DNA from: Lenisia limosa
Lineage: Eukaryota > Protista > Breviatea
Reading direction: 5' to 3'
Length of the DNA stretch: 48,458 nt
NCBI GenBank assembly: GCA_001655205.1
Contig: LPNZ01009003.1
Location: forward strand, 1 to 48,458
Shown here: positions 26,201 through 35,569 of the stretch, in pieces
How the letters are laid out: the number at the start of each line of letters is the position of its first letter
How positions within the stretch are numbered: the first letter of the stretch is position 1
Program-made: the position numbers and the translations under genes
Notes under the pieces: model-generated
Told to the model about the DNA's origin: nothing
What the model saw: the letters and a program-made list of their open reading frames with translations, nothing else
Database searches by the model: none

Positions 26201-28417
26201 TGTCATAGTCACCCAGAATAAGATGCAATGTTTCAGTCAGATGTTATCCGACTTGATCAGGGTCAGAATCATGAATTTATTCTTTCAGTATCTTCTCAAA
26301 GTGTTGTCTCCTCTCGCTGCGATAGTTTTCATTGTTTTGATGTTCCTGTGCACCAAGACTGTCTCCAAACTCAACGCAATGAGAGGCGTTACACCAGCAA
26401 GGTAGGCATGACTATTTCGTTACCATAACCGATTATTCTGTGGTGACTGGTTAAAAAAGTTCCATTATAAAGGCGATTTTGATAAAAAAAAAACTCCTTT
26501 TCTCATGAAAAAAGGAACTATTATGTCGACACCTTCTGCCATTAATTTTTGATCACCCAGTACCCCACCACGGCCTTTTTCATCAGCGTTTAAGCAAATA
26601 AAATGGAGGATACTCACTCCATTCACTCCTGACGACTCTTCACACTTAGTTTTCGCCTTGTTTCGCGCTATGACCGTGGGGGGTCCAAAACGAAACTGTT
26701 TTTTCTACAAGTCTCTCATTCATTGATTTTCTCAAGGGAACTCTCGCATAAGATTTGTTCTGAATCATGAATTATCCATGTTTCTGACTGTGCAGAATGT
26801 CCTGATCCTCTACTATCTGCCATTGGCACACGCCGTTCTTGCTTTCTTTGACTGCACACAGGTTTGCGTGGAAGATTAAAATTAACTGGTTGCGTTGAGA
26901 TATTGCTGCAATTCATTTGGAGAGAGAATGAACCTGGAAAAACTTGTTTCTTGAAAGGACTGCATTTTTTCGAATTTTGAAAGTCCCTGCTGCTCAAGTG
27001 TTTTCGATTCAAATAATGTGTTTCCTGATTCTACCCTATCAGGCAAGTGATGGAACATGGTCTCTTGACGCCTCTCCCAATATCAATTGTTATGACGATG
27101 AGTACAACGCTTTTCTCCCAACTGCTATTGTAGGAAACTGGTGTCAGATCGTTTGAAGTATTGATACTACAGAACATTAATTTTAAGACCAAAGTTTACC
27201 TTATTTCATCAGTGGCTGAATCAGACCATAACCACTTAGGCCATATCCATCTTTGTTGTGCTGGTAGTTCCAGTGTTCCTCTCACTGTCGATCATTTGGG
27301 CAATGAAGAATCCATACGGAGACAAGCAGTATGCTTTGTTTGGCTTCGCTTATTCGCGGTGAGAGGGACGATGTTTTGATCTCATAACTCTAAAAAAGCT
27401 TTGTTAAAATTTCCATGCTCTGAGTTCCTTTCGCGAAAATATTATACTCTAGATATAACAAATCCACATTCATGTGGGAGTTGGTCCAGTTAGTCCGAAA
27501 ACTCACAGTAGTTGTTTGTGCTCTGTTCCTCAGTTCAATGCCGCAAGTTCAGGTTTGTTTCCACTAAAATGCACAAGAATATAAAAGAACATGCTTTCAC
27601 TTTTTAGGTTTCTGTTGGTGCGAGTGTTATTGGTCTATTCTTCTTCCTTCATCTTATCTTTTTACCTTTCCGTTCGACTTTGTACAATTTCCTAGTAAGC
27701 TGGGATGTGTTGATTTCTTGGTAAGCTGGAATGTGTTGATTGTCCTTTGAGCATTTAGTTTGTTATTACGGTTAGACGCCAAGAATCGATATCATATTAC
27801 TTTTTGGATCATTTTCACACGTGTGAATTATCATTTTCCACTGAGTGATATGATACCTCTTATCCACTCGTATGATAATTGACTGACAAGTCTCAATGAT
27901 ACTCTTATACCTGGGATGAACCCTCGTGTTATCTTCGTTCATCATTTCGACTTGAAAGTCGGTCATATGATCATATCGCTAGTGATATGGGTATTATATA
28001 ATAACCAAACAGGATGGGTTTTCATTGGCGGCAAGCACAGTTATCCTCTTGATTGGAAACGCCTTCCTCGGCTCCGCCCAAGACTTCAATAAAGTGGGAC
28101 CATGCCATTTATCGTGATCATTTGTTTACCGTTCCTGACTATTCAGACGATCCTGGTTCTGTGCGTATTTGGTGTTATTTTTTTGGTCCCAATTCTGTTT
28201 ACTTGGGCCATCTTCATTGAAATGAAACGTGTCAACACAGCCAAGGTCAGCTATATATTGTCTGGAGCAGAAGCAATAATCAATTATGCGTGAAGGATAT
28301 TGCTTTTTCACTGTTTCTTTCTGAACCATTTTGATTCTGAAGGATTTCGACTTTGAGCGGAAATCCGTGTTAGCTGACACACGCACAATGGATCTCATCG
28401 GTTTCGATGAGCAATAG
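5232..28417 (+). CDS. Giant cell-surface protein: signal peptide, many Cys-rich repeats (GCC2/GCC3 ephrin-receptor-like, furin-like, EGF-like), Ig/IPT-like region, multi-pass TRP/Flc-like C-terminal membrane domain
   Basis: ATG 5232 gives MTVGHLHG|LLVILTTLLALTACHP (signal peptide). Dozens of short exons carry CxxCPxGxY/F repeats (CESCPPGAYPN 16212, CEPCPPGTYW 14900, CEFCPIGTYKT 24676). Furin-like CSLNCKTC and CPEGCINC occur near 18660 and 19100. Ig-like VVAGLPFKVTLRLND (19590) and GRAVFNNLQF (22740), and IPT-like IYPSSCPEGVCEIVVIGAHF (21780) follow. Then come CAEGYTGYLCSEC, TM helices, LFFNFLQITAL, VEWPSRV, SPNINCY, YNKSTFMWELVQLVRKL and a stop TAG at 28415-28417. Manual tally is about 90-100 candidate exons. 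Confidence 0.85.
11688..11835 (+). repeat. Interspersed intronic repeat family A, copy 1
   Basis: ggatcattttcacacgtgtgaa.tatcattttccac...ccactcgtatg...gacaagtctc.atga...aaccctcgtgttatcttcg.tcatcattt is shared with 27799-27950. Confidence 0.9.
12437..12526. repeat. Intronic tandem repeat, ~3 copies of ~32 bp
   Basis: gtatttcgt(g/a)ttt(c/t)agttgct...tgaagtctttt is reiterated. Confidence 0.85.
13521..13633. repeat. Intronic minisatellite, 4 copies of ~28 bp
   Basis: atgcattgtttaaacctttttgtttgata is reiterated with small indels. Confidence 0.9.
15228..15301. repeat. Intronic tandem repeat, 3 copies of ~24-27 bp
   Basis: gtgt...agctgagggcatttag occurs three times. Confidence 0.85.
18832..18900. 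repeat. Perfect tandem repeat, 3 x 23 bp
   Basis: gtcctactgcagtgagttattta x3. Confidence 0.95.
20703..20774 (+). repeat. Small hairpin repeat family B, copy 2 (giant gene intron)
   Basis: cgggatagtcttgacctattttccttgcgaaatcagattgtaaatctgtcaagactta has gtcttgac/gtcaagac arms and is homologous to 3611-3678. Confidence 0.8.
27695..27741 (+). repeat. 26-bp duplication of a 5' splice site
   Basis: gtaagctgggatgtgttgatt at 27695 and gtaagctggaatgtgttgatt at 27721. Confidence 0.9.
27799..27950 (+). repeat. Interspersed intronic repeat family A, copy 2
   Basis: Same orientation and block-by-block similarity to 11688-11835. Confidence 0.9.
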
Positions 28418-28564
28418 GGGGGGGGGGGGANNNNNNNNNNNNNNNNNNNNNNNNNNNNNNNNNNNNNNNNNNNNNNNNNNNNNNNNNNNNNNNNNNNNNN
28501 NNNNNNNNNNNNNNNNNNATATTATTTCTATTATTGTTTCATTTTAAGAGTGGAGCATTCAAAA

Positions 28565-31305
28565 TTAGTGATAGCCATCAATTTGAAGGGAGTTTTACTA
28601 AAGTGTACAAATATGGATACGACTTTAGACAGTGCCTTGCAAGAAGTTTGTGTGGGCCAATGTTTAACTTGGCACTCGGCTGAGCGGTAGTGAATTGACT
28701 GAATGCGTGAGGTAGAATAAACAGAGGGGAATTGACCGAATGCGTGAGGTAGAATAAACAGAGGGGAATTGACTGAATGCGTGAGGTAGAATAAACAGAG
28801 GGGAATTGACCGAATGCGTGAGGTAGAATAAACAGAGGGGAATTGACCGAATGCGTGAGGTAGAATAAACAGAGGGGAATTTTATTGCTCGAAATAAAAC
28901 GATTTGTACATCAAGTAAAAGATAGATGAGTTTGAGTCGAAACAAAACCATAACACACCTTGCATTTCACACAATTCAGCATTTTGGTTCTTGCACCACA
29001 CAAATAGCAAATAACAGCAGCTTTTTCTTTAAATAGCCCAAAAACACAGGTGCTGCTGCTCTGACAGACAAATTGAATCAGGTTATGGCTTTTCCCAAAC
29101 ATTTTCAGAGTAGCCATTGCTTTCAAAATTTCACAAATAAAACATTCAGAGTAACTATTACTTCACCTTGTATACACATACATGTAATACATAAATTACA
29201 AAAATGGTAACTCCAAATGATATCCCGTAGGTCTCTGTACCCCTAAAAGTTGACCTTCTCTTTGTGGATTATTTCTTTGTCCTGAAAGAGTGAGTTACTG
29301 CCTTGGGGCAATATTTCAGAAACCGCTGTACACATTGCCAAATCACTGTGTGCCAAACCACTGTACATACACACATTGCCAAACCACTGTACATACATTG
29401 CAAGCCAAACCATGTGTGCCAAACCACTGTACATACATTTCTTGAGTTTTCCTGTTACAAGGAAGCAATAAGAACTCTAAAAAATGAAAAGACTTGGAAG
29501 TTAACAAGGAATGAAGAGGAAGTGCAGCAAACCAGTTCAGCCATAGATGCAATTAGTGTGTGGAGATGGTTATTCAGATCACTTTCACTGATCAATTCTC
29601 GAACCTGGATGGAGTGACGCAGGCCTGCTCAATTCTACAATATAGTAGACTACATCCCCATTTTTTATCTGATACTATTTTGCTATTCGGCATTTCCTTT
29701 TTTCAATTTCCTATTTTGATCCTACCTGTTTGTAATGATTAGAAAAGTCAGCCAAATCTTCCGCTCCTAGGATTCGTGCTAAAGAGTAAATGTCTCTTCA
29801 AAATGATTTTGTTGCACTTCACAAATTTTTTTGCATGGATTCAACAAGAGTAAGATCTTTGCTGACACGTCATGGTAGCAGTGCAGCTCAGGGAATGGGA
29901 AAGCGTCAGTGGTTGCATCACACACCATGTCTTTCTACCAGGTAAGTTTCCGTATCTTTGGTGAAATGTGAAATTCTTTCAAATTATACTCAGGTTATTA
30001 TGGACAGATTCCTTGGGTGTCTTTTGGCATCAATAATATAAACTCTCGATGAGATATGACCAAAATAAGATGAGATATGACCCCTCACAGTAAGATGAGA
30101 GATGGATGACCCCTCACAGTAAGATGAGAGATGGATGACCCCTCACAATAAGATGAACTCTGAAAATAGCCTCAGAGGTTGTGAAGTAGTTGAAGCCACG
30201 TAACTTGGCAGGCTAGCATTCAATAAAGTGGCTTCAATGTAGGCTTGCTGACTCTGCGGATGCTTTTCAGCAGCTCTCTCTAAACGCATTGCCAACTCTT
30301 TTTCCGTTTTTCCACTTGAGCTAAAAAGCAGTTGTAAGTGGGCAGCAAAAAATACAACTTGTAAAAACACCGATCTCTGGTCACATATTTGCCAAAAATC
30401 CCATATCAAATGAAACGTAATGTATGTATAATACGTACCCATTTGCTTTGTTGTAACGGGTAAACCTTTTACAAAAGTAGAAGGATCCTTTAAAATCTTA
30501 GTTGCTGTTTTGTCTCCTTTCTTGACAGCTTTTTGGAGGATCTAGATACCCTAAAAACACACACACACACACATCATTACAATGCCACCAACCTAAAGAG
30601 CTTCGTCTTTGTTCTCTTTCGTTCCCATTCCATTGACGTTCATCTTTGCGCAAAAAATAAGCCGCCTAAGTAAATTAGTTTGAAAGTAGAGAATTGGGGT
30701 TTATCCATTACTCCATTCGCACCTGCTCACACGGGCATTTCTTGAAGTTAGTTAGGTCATCACTTATAAAAAACGAACATAGATGCAATATATCTACCAA
30801 CTGAAGTTATTGGTCAATTTCTTCTCAGCGTCCGTCACAGCCGTCTAAAACTAAGATAATACCCTCCTCAGACACAACACCACACAGCAAATGGTAAAGA
30901 CAAACCATTACATATTGTTCCTATCCTCACCTTTTCAACATAATACAAGACCACCTTGGGTGTGAGGTGTAGATAGTACTCTCAAACTACATATTTTAAT
31001 AAACAAGTTTGAGGACCATTTTCTAAATAACGTGACTCACTTTAGCCTGGCGAGGTCGGAACGCCGAGGGGTCAGATTTGGTCGCTCTGTTGATGTATTT
31101 GTTGGCACTTTCAATATCATTTTGCATTTTCTTTGCAGAAGTCCTAAATTTATTCTTCATTTTGCAAATGCATCTTATGGAGTTATGCGTTCATGAAATA
31201 CCAGTGGGTAGATATACACATCACATTTCATATCATGTTGTCACCTCACCTTTCCTGAGACGGCTTTTCAGAAAGCGCTTCCAATTTCCTTTGTAGAAAA
31301 TCCAT
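28565..31305 (-). CDS. Multi-exon protein of unknown function with a C-terminal degenerate MYND-like Cys finger
   Basis: ATG 31305 gives MDFLQRKLEALSEKPSQER|CICKMKNKF...PRQAK|VVLYYVEK (24-nt exon 30954-30931)|TAVTDAEKKLTNNF...AAYFLRKDERQWEWERKRTKTKLFRL|ILQKAVKKGDK. The C-terminal exons read ICYLCGARTKMLNCVKCK and ECQVKHWPTQTSCK. The middle exons and exact stop are uncertain. Confidence 0.55.
28692..28876. repeat. Minisatellite, 5 x 37 bp
   Basis: gaattgacYgaatgcgtgaggtagaataaacagaggg x5, head-to-tail with no spacers and one variable position. Confidence 0.97.
29331..29440. repeat. Degenerate tandem repeat, ~4-5 copies
   Basis: tgccaaaccactgtacatac units. Confidence 0.85.
30053..30156. repeat. 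Minisatellite, ~4 copies of ~30 bp
   Basis: taagatgagagatggatgacccctcacag units. Confidence 0.9.
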
Positions 31306-31989
31306 TGTGGCCACGCAAGATTAAGAAATTTATGACTTTCATCAAACTTTCATCAATCCATCAATCAATCAAATCTGAAATAAGGGTGCTAGGAAAAGTG
31401 AGCGGCGTACTTTATTATCATAGCAAAATTAATTATGCAAAAAAAGCGAATATTATTTTCAAATATTATAAAACAATAAGTAATCTCTCTCTAGTTATAG
31501 TAAAATATTAAAATTACCGAAAGGTTGTGTTTGTTTTAAGAATTTGAGCTAAATAGCATTGTTAATTGGAGGAAGAGGGTTTCTTCTTCGGTATTCCATT
31601 TGCTTACTCCGGACATACGCTAATAGAAGGCTATCTGTAAAGAAGGAAGGACGGAACCGTGTCTTTCCGCCTTCTTCTCTTTCCTTTTCGACTGTTCAGC
31701 ACCCTCCTTCCGCCATAGCTGAGATCTTCTTTAGAAGAAACGATTTAACCACGTGACTGGTCACCACACCCGCTCTTTCGAAAGGTTGGTCACCATTAGG
31801 ATTAGAAAATATCACAATTGAAAAGTAAGCGCATTTACTGGATTCATAATGTGTAAAAAGTGCTTAAAATTTATAAATGAGCCATTTACAGCGAGAATGG
31901 TGTTTCCCCTATTGTCCTTTATGGGCATTCCAAACTCCCCAATACATCACGTATATCTATTATTTAACCCTCTAGTGTAGTCATCAACA

Positions 31990-33291
31990 ATGTTTGGGCA
32001 GTTCTTTCTTGTGGGTCCCAAGGATTGCCTCCTATGTCATTTGAACCTCTCAGAGGACGTACAGGAGGTTGGAGAAGGGGACAGTTCTTCATTTGATACT
32101 GTTTGTAAACAAATATAGTGTTGAGAGGTTAAAAAAAAAAAGCAGAGTTATTATTTATAACAAATACCTTTTTGAATGATATAATGAATGAGCTGACACA
32201 TTTGAATGTGTCATTTAATAATTCTCTTACTATTTCCAGACTACTTTATCAAGACACATCTTTTTCGTATTTCTTCTAATAACCTCAAGGATCCCAAAGA
32301 CCCGAACGCACACTTAGCCCACCTTGTTGCCCACGCGTCTCTCGATTTGATTGATGAGGTTTCAGCATCGTCCTCCAATCCGTACGCCGGATCACCTTAA
32401 ATCTGGAAACAACACATTCAATAGTATTGATTCCCAATAGAGTTTGCTCAGAGTGGCTTGTGATAATTGCCACTTTTTAGCATGCACACTGTCTGCCATT
32501 GTCATATGTTTAAAAGGCATGGAAGCACAAAAAAATCCCATTTTTTGGTATTGCCACAAAACAAATCCAAGTCTGACGCATGTTCTTAAGTGCTAGAGTA
32601 TTATTATGTCGCCTCTCTAAGCGTGCTTGTATTTTTCTGAATCAGGGTGGTGTACTGACACTTTTAGATTTATCAAGGTTGCAGATCGCTTTAAAGACTG
32701 GACCGTTTCTGCATATATTCACTCCTCAAGTGAGTGACAGGGGGAAAGGCAAACAAATGAATAGTACATTGAAGAATCAATCAAAAAAAAAAAAAGCTAC
32801 AAAAACAAATACGCAGTACAATACGAGACTGAAAACACAGATATTCTCTTGGGGTGTTTTTCATTGCTATGATAGGCATTTTCAGTCGGATATTGTTTTA
32901 ATATGACTAAATAGTCACCACTTTAGTAGTGTTTTGTCCCAAGTACCAGTAGCTTTTGTGACACCTTAGTTTTCACGCTAGTTTTGCTGCATAACCTTCG
33001 ACCTGACGACAGTCTCAAACCATTCTTCCAGGAGGTGTCAGATATTGTGAATCGCGTTTGGAGGGGGATCTAAGATTCGAAAAAGAAACGGGACATGTCA
33101 ATTTTCCTTTATTTCACGTAACTTCGCCCAAACTTCGACTTTGTTGTACATAGAGACGAAAAGAGTCGAACTCACATTTTTAGATGGCAATGAACCCGTT
33201 TTTTTCAATAGAACAACCAGTTGAGAACGCAGCCTTTGAGAACCATGTGAGGCTGATTGCACGAAAATGGCTGACAAAGAGAAAGCAGTAG
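31990..33291 (+). CDS. TRAPPC2: Trafficking protein particle complex subunit 2 (sedlin/TRS20)
   Basis: Exons give MFGQFFLVGPKDCLLCHLNLSEDVQE|DPKDPNAHLAHLVAHASLDLIDEVSASSSNP|FIKVADRFKDWTVSAYIHSS|IFTLVLLHNLRPDDSLKPFFQEVSDIVNR|MAMNPFFSIEQPVENAAFENHVRLIARKWLTKRKQ*. This matches the sedlin motifs HAALDLVDE, VDKFNEWFVSAF, LH, MNPF. Confidence 0.92.
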
Positions 33292-33669
33292 TGTTTGTGG
33301 TGTACCTGATTTTATTTATTTCTTTAGAACATTCATTGTGATGAGGAAGGGGAGTAAAATGAAGGATTTCGATAAAGAATATTAGCATACCGAATAGTCT
33401 GAAACAACAAAAGGGGGAATGTTTTGATTCGGATTATTTTGCATATCTTTTCGTTTCGATTTTTCCTTGGGAGGGAAGCGAGTGATTCTTTTTTGTGTGG
33501 AGTAACATAATATCATTTGTATGTTGTTGTTTTCTTCTATTTGTGAAAATATGCGTCGAACCACCTTACGCTTTGCTGGCATTTCGTTTTCTCAGTTAAG
33601 AAGTACAGAAAACCCCACAGTGGTACCAAGGTTACATTACCTGTATAGCCTGAAAACAACCATTTTAGC

Positions 33670-35304
33670 CTAGTTTGTCTGGGAGGCAATCCACTTGTTC
33701 ACTGGTGAGAGAAGGTTCTAAAGTTTCAGCACAGATTTGGCGGCTCCTGAAGATACAAAACATGGTATATTTTAGAACGGCAATACTGAATATCATTCCA
33801 CTCCCTCGATAGATACCCACCTCAATAGCAACCTTCCTATCCGCAGCCTTGAAAACACCAGTGCCTGCAACAATGCTGTTCGCCTTGGGGGTGAGTCCAG
33901 AAATAATAATATCAGGCAAAAACAGGATCAGGATCACCCCCCACTCCAGCCTCGGCAACGAACTTCACCGTTTCGCCATTGATACCGCCATCAACCTGAG
34001 AGGTAACATAGTGTCTTATCATGAGATAGTAATGTGATACTATCCAAGTAACTTAATCTTTGGATTTTCAGAAAAAAGAATACATAGAATATATTTGCCA
34101 ATTAATTTTGCATGGATATTTATTTCATTCTTTTCTGAAAACTACCTTAGTTTCACCCCCCCCCCCTACTTGAATGTTAATGATGGGGTTGGCAGCGCGA
34201 ATAGCCTTGATTTTATCCACCATGTCCATCATGAAGGACTGTCCTCCGAAACCTGAAAGGTCAATACAAAGGGGGCATCCAAAACTGAGCTTCGCCAAAA
34301 CCGTCTTTCAATGTCCTTTTTCAACTAACAAACCCAGTGTTCTCCTTTGAAGGGAACAAAACCCCTATGAGGAATTTGACTGGAGAATATAGGGGTAGCC
34401 TCATAAAAACACTGTGAGTAGCTCACCAGGCCTGACAGTCATCACAAGAAGGGTGTGGACACTGCTGCTGATGTAAAGTTCCTCCGCTATTTCATAGGGG
34501 GTGTCGGGACTAATGGCAACACCAGCCTTGACAGGTAAACAACATAATAAAAGTATCAGTTCACTTGGTATAACGTATCAACACTTCTTTCTGAACTGCA
34601 TTATATTGATAACATCATAGATATGTAGAGATGAGAAGTAGTATCTAGTCCATATAATGATCACATGGTACACCCGTAAACTAATTGAACATACCTTCAT
34701 GCCAGCATCATTGATCATCCTCACCAGGTTCTTGGGGTCATCAGTGGCTATAATGTGACAAAGCTTTTATAATGGCTCATATTTATCATGACAAATACAA
34801 AGACAAACCACACATACTGTACTCCATGTAGATATACATGTACTTCTACAGGCCTCCCCAGAGCAAGACACACATAATTCATGTTTGTAAAAGGGAACTG
34901 ACCTTCGATATGAAAAGTAAACAGGTCAGCGCCGGCCTTGGCAAACGCTTCAACGTACTTCTCAGGCTTCTCAACCTGGTTGATCAATAATGTTCTTAAT
35001 TTAAATATGTTATGCAACTACTCGCTCTAATACCCAATGACCCAAAAAATGATGTGATCATCATCTCTCCCACCATCAAGTGGCAGTCTAAGAAGGCCTT
35101 GGTGTGTTTGCGCAGGGAGGAGACAACGGGAGCGCCGATGGTCAGGTTCGGGACAAAATGGTGGTCCTAAATGAGAGCAATAAATCAAACCATTACATCA
35201 ATGTGAAGCCATTCGGCACCCTTGGACACAACATCTTGGCATTCTGTCGCAAGACAAGCAAAGTCTGCAGAGAGAATGGAGGGGGATACAACGGCCTTCA
35301 GCAT
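33670..35304 (-). CDS. RPE: Ribulose-phosphate 3-epimerase
   Basis: [16 protein letters not shown]...[10 protein letters not shown]|[15 protein letters not shown]...FLDCHLM|...[21 protein letters not shown]...[19 protein letters not shown]...|VDGGINGET...|[11 protein letters not shown]. All hallmark motifs are present, with MDHHF in place of the usual MDGHF. The last exon and stop are tentative. Confidence 0.95.
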
Positions 35305-35569
35305 TTTCGGTTATTCTGTGAAATTACTACCAGCTCACAAAGTAGTAGAGTTAGAGGGGAAGAGGAAGAGCAACAAAAGGAAAGAGATTGATGGCGTTAG
35401 CGCCACTGTGTATAAAGGTTGAATCAAACATTTACTTAGGCCTTTTTAACCCTCTTCTCAAGGTTAGCTTTGCCAAGTATTGAATCTCAATAGAAAAAAA
35501 AGCGACTTATTCTTGTCATGTTTTCATTTATAATTCTTGCATGACTTTGACGTCACGACTTTAGGAAAA
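35305..35569. promoter_or_regulatory. Compact bidirectional promoter region between RPE and ADK, with a CRE-like TGACGTCA at 35548-35555
   Basis: Only 265 bp separate the divergent ATGs. The palindromic TGACGTCA lies 15 bp upstream of the ADK ATG. Regulatory function is inferred. Confidence 0.55.

Noticed and set aside
28692-28876. 37-bp direct repeats of CRISPR-like length
   Set aside because: Units are contiguous with no unique spacers, there are no cas genes, and the context is a eukaryotic intron. It is a minisatellite.
26101-30572. (CA)n runs at ~26101-26118 and ~30556-30572
   Set aside because: Ordinary short microsatellites in introns.
34556-34618. Possible box C/D snoRNA in an RPE intron (ATGATGT...CTGA on the minus strand)
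   Set aside because: Box C is imperfect, there is no terminal stem, and I recognise no rRNA-complementary guide.
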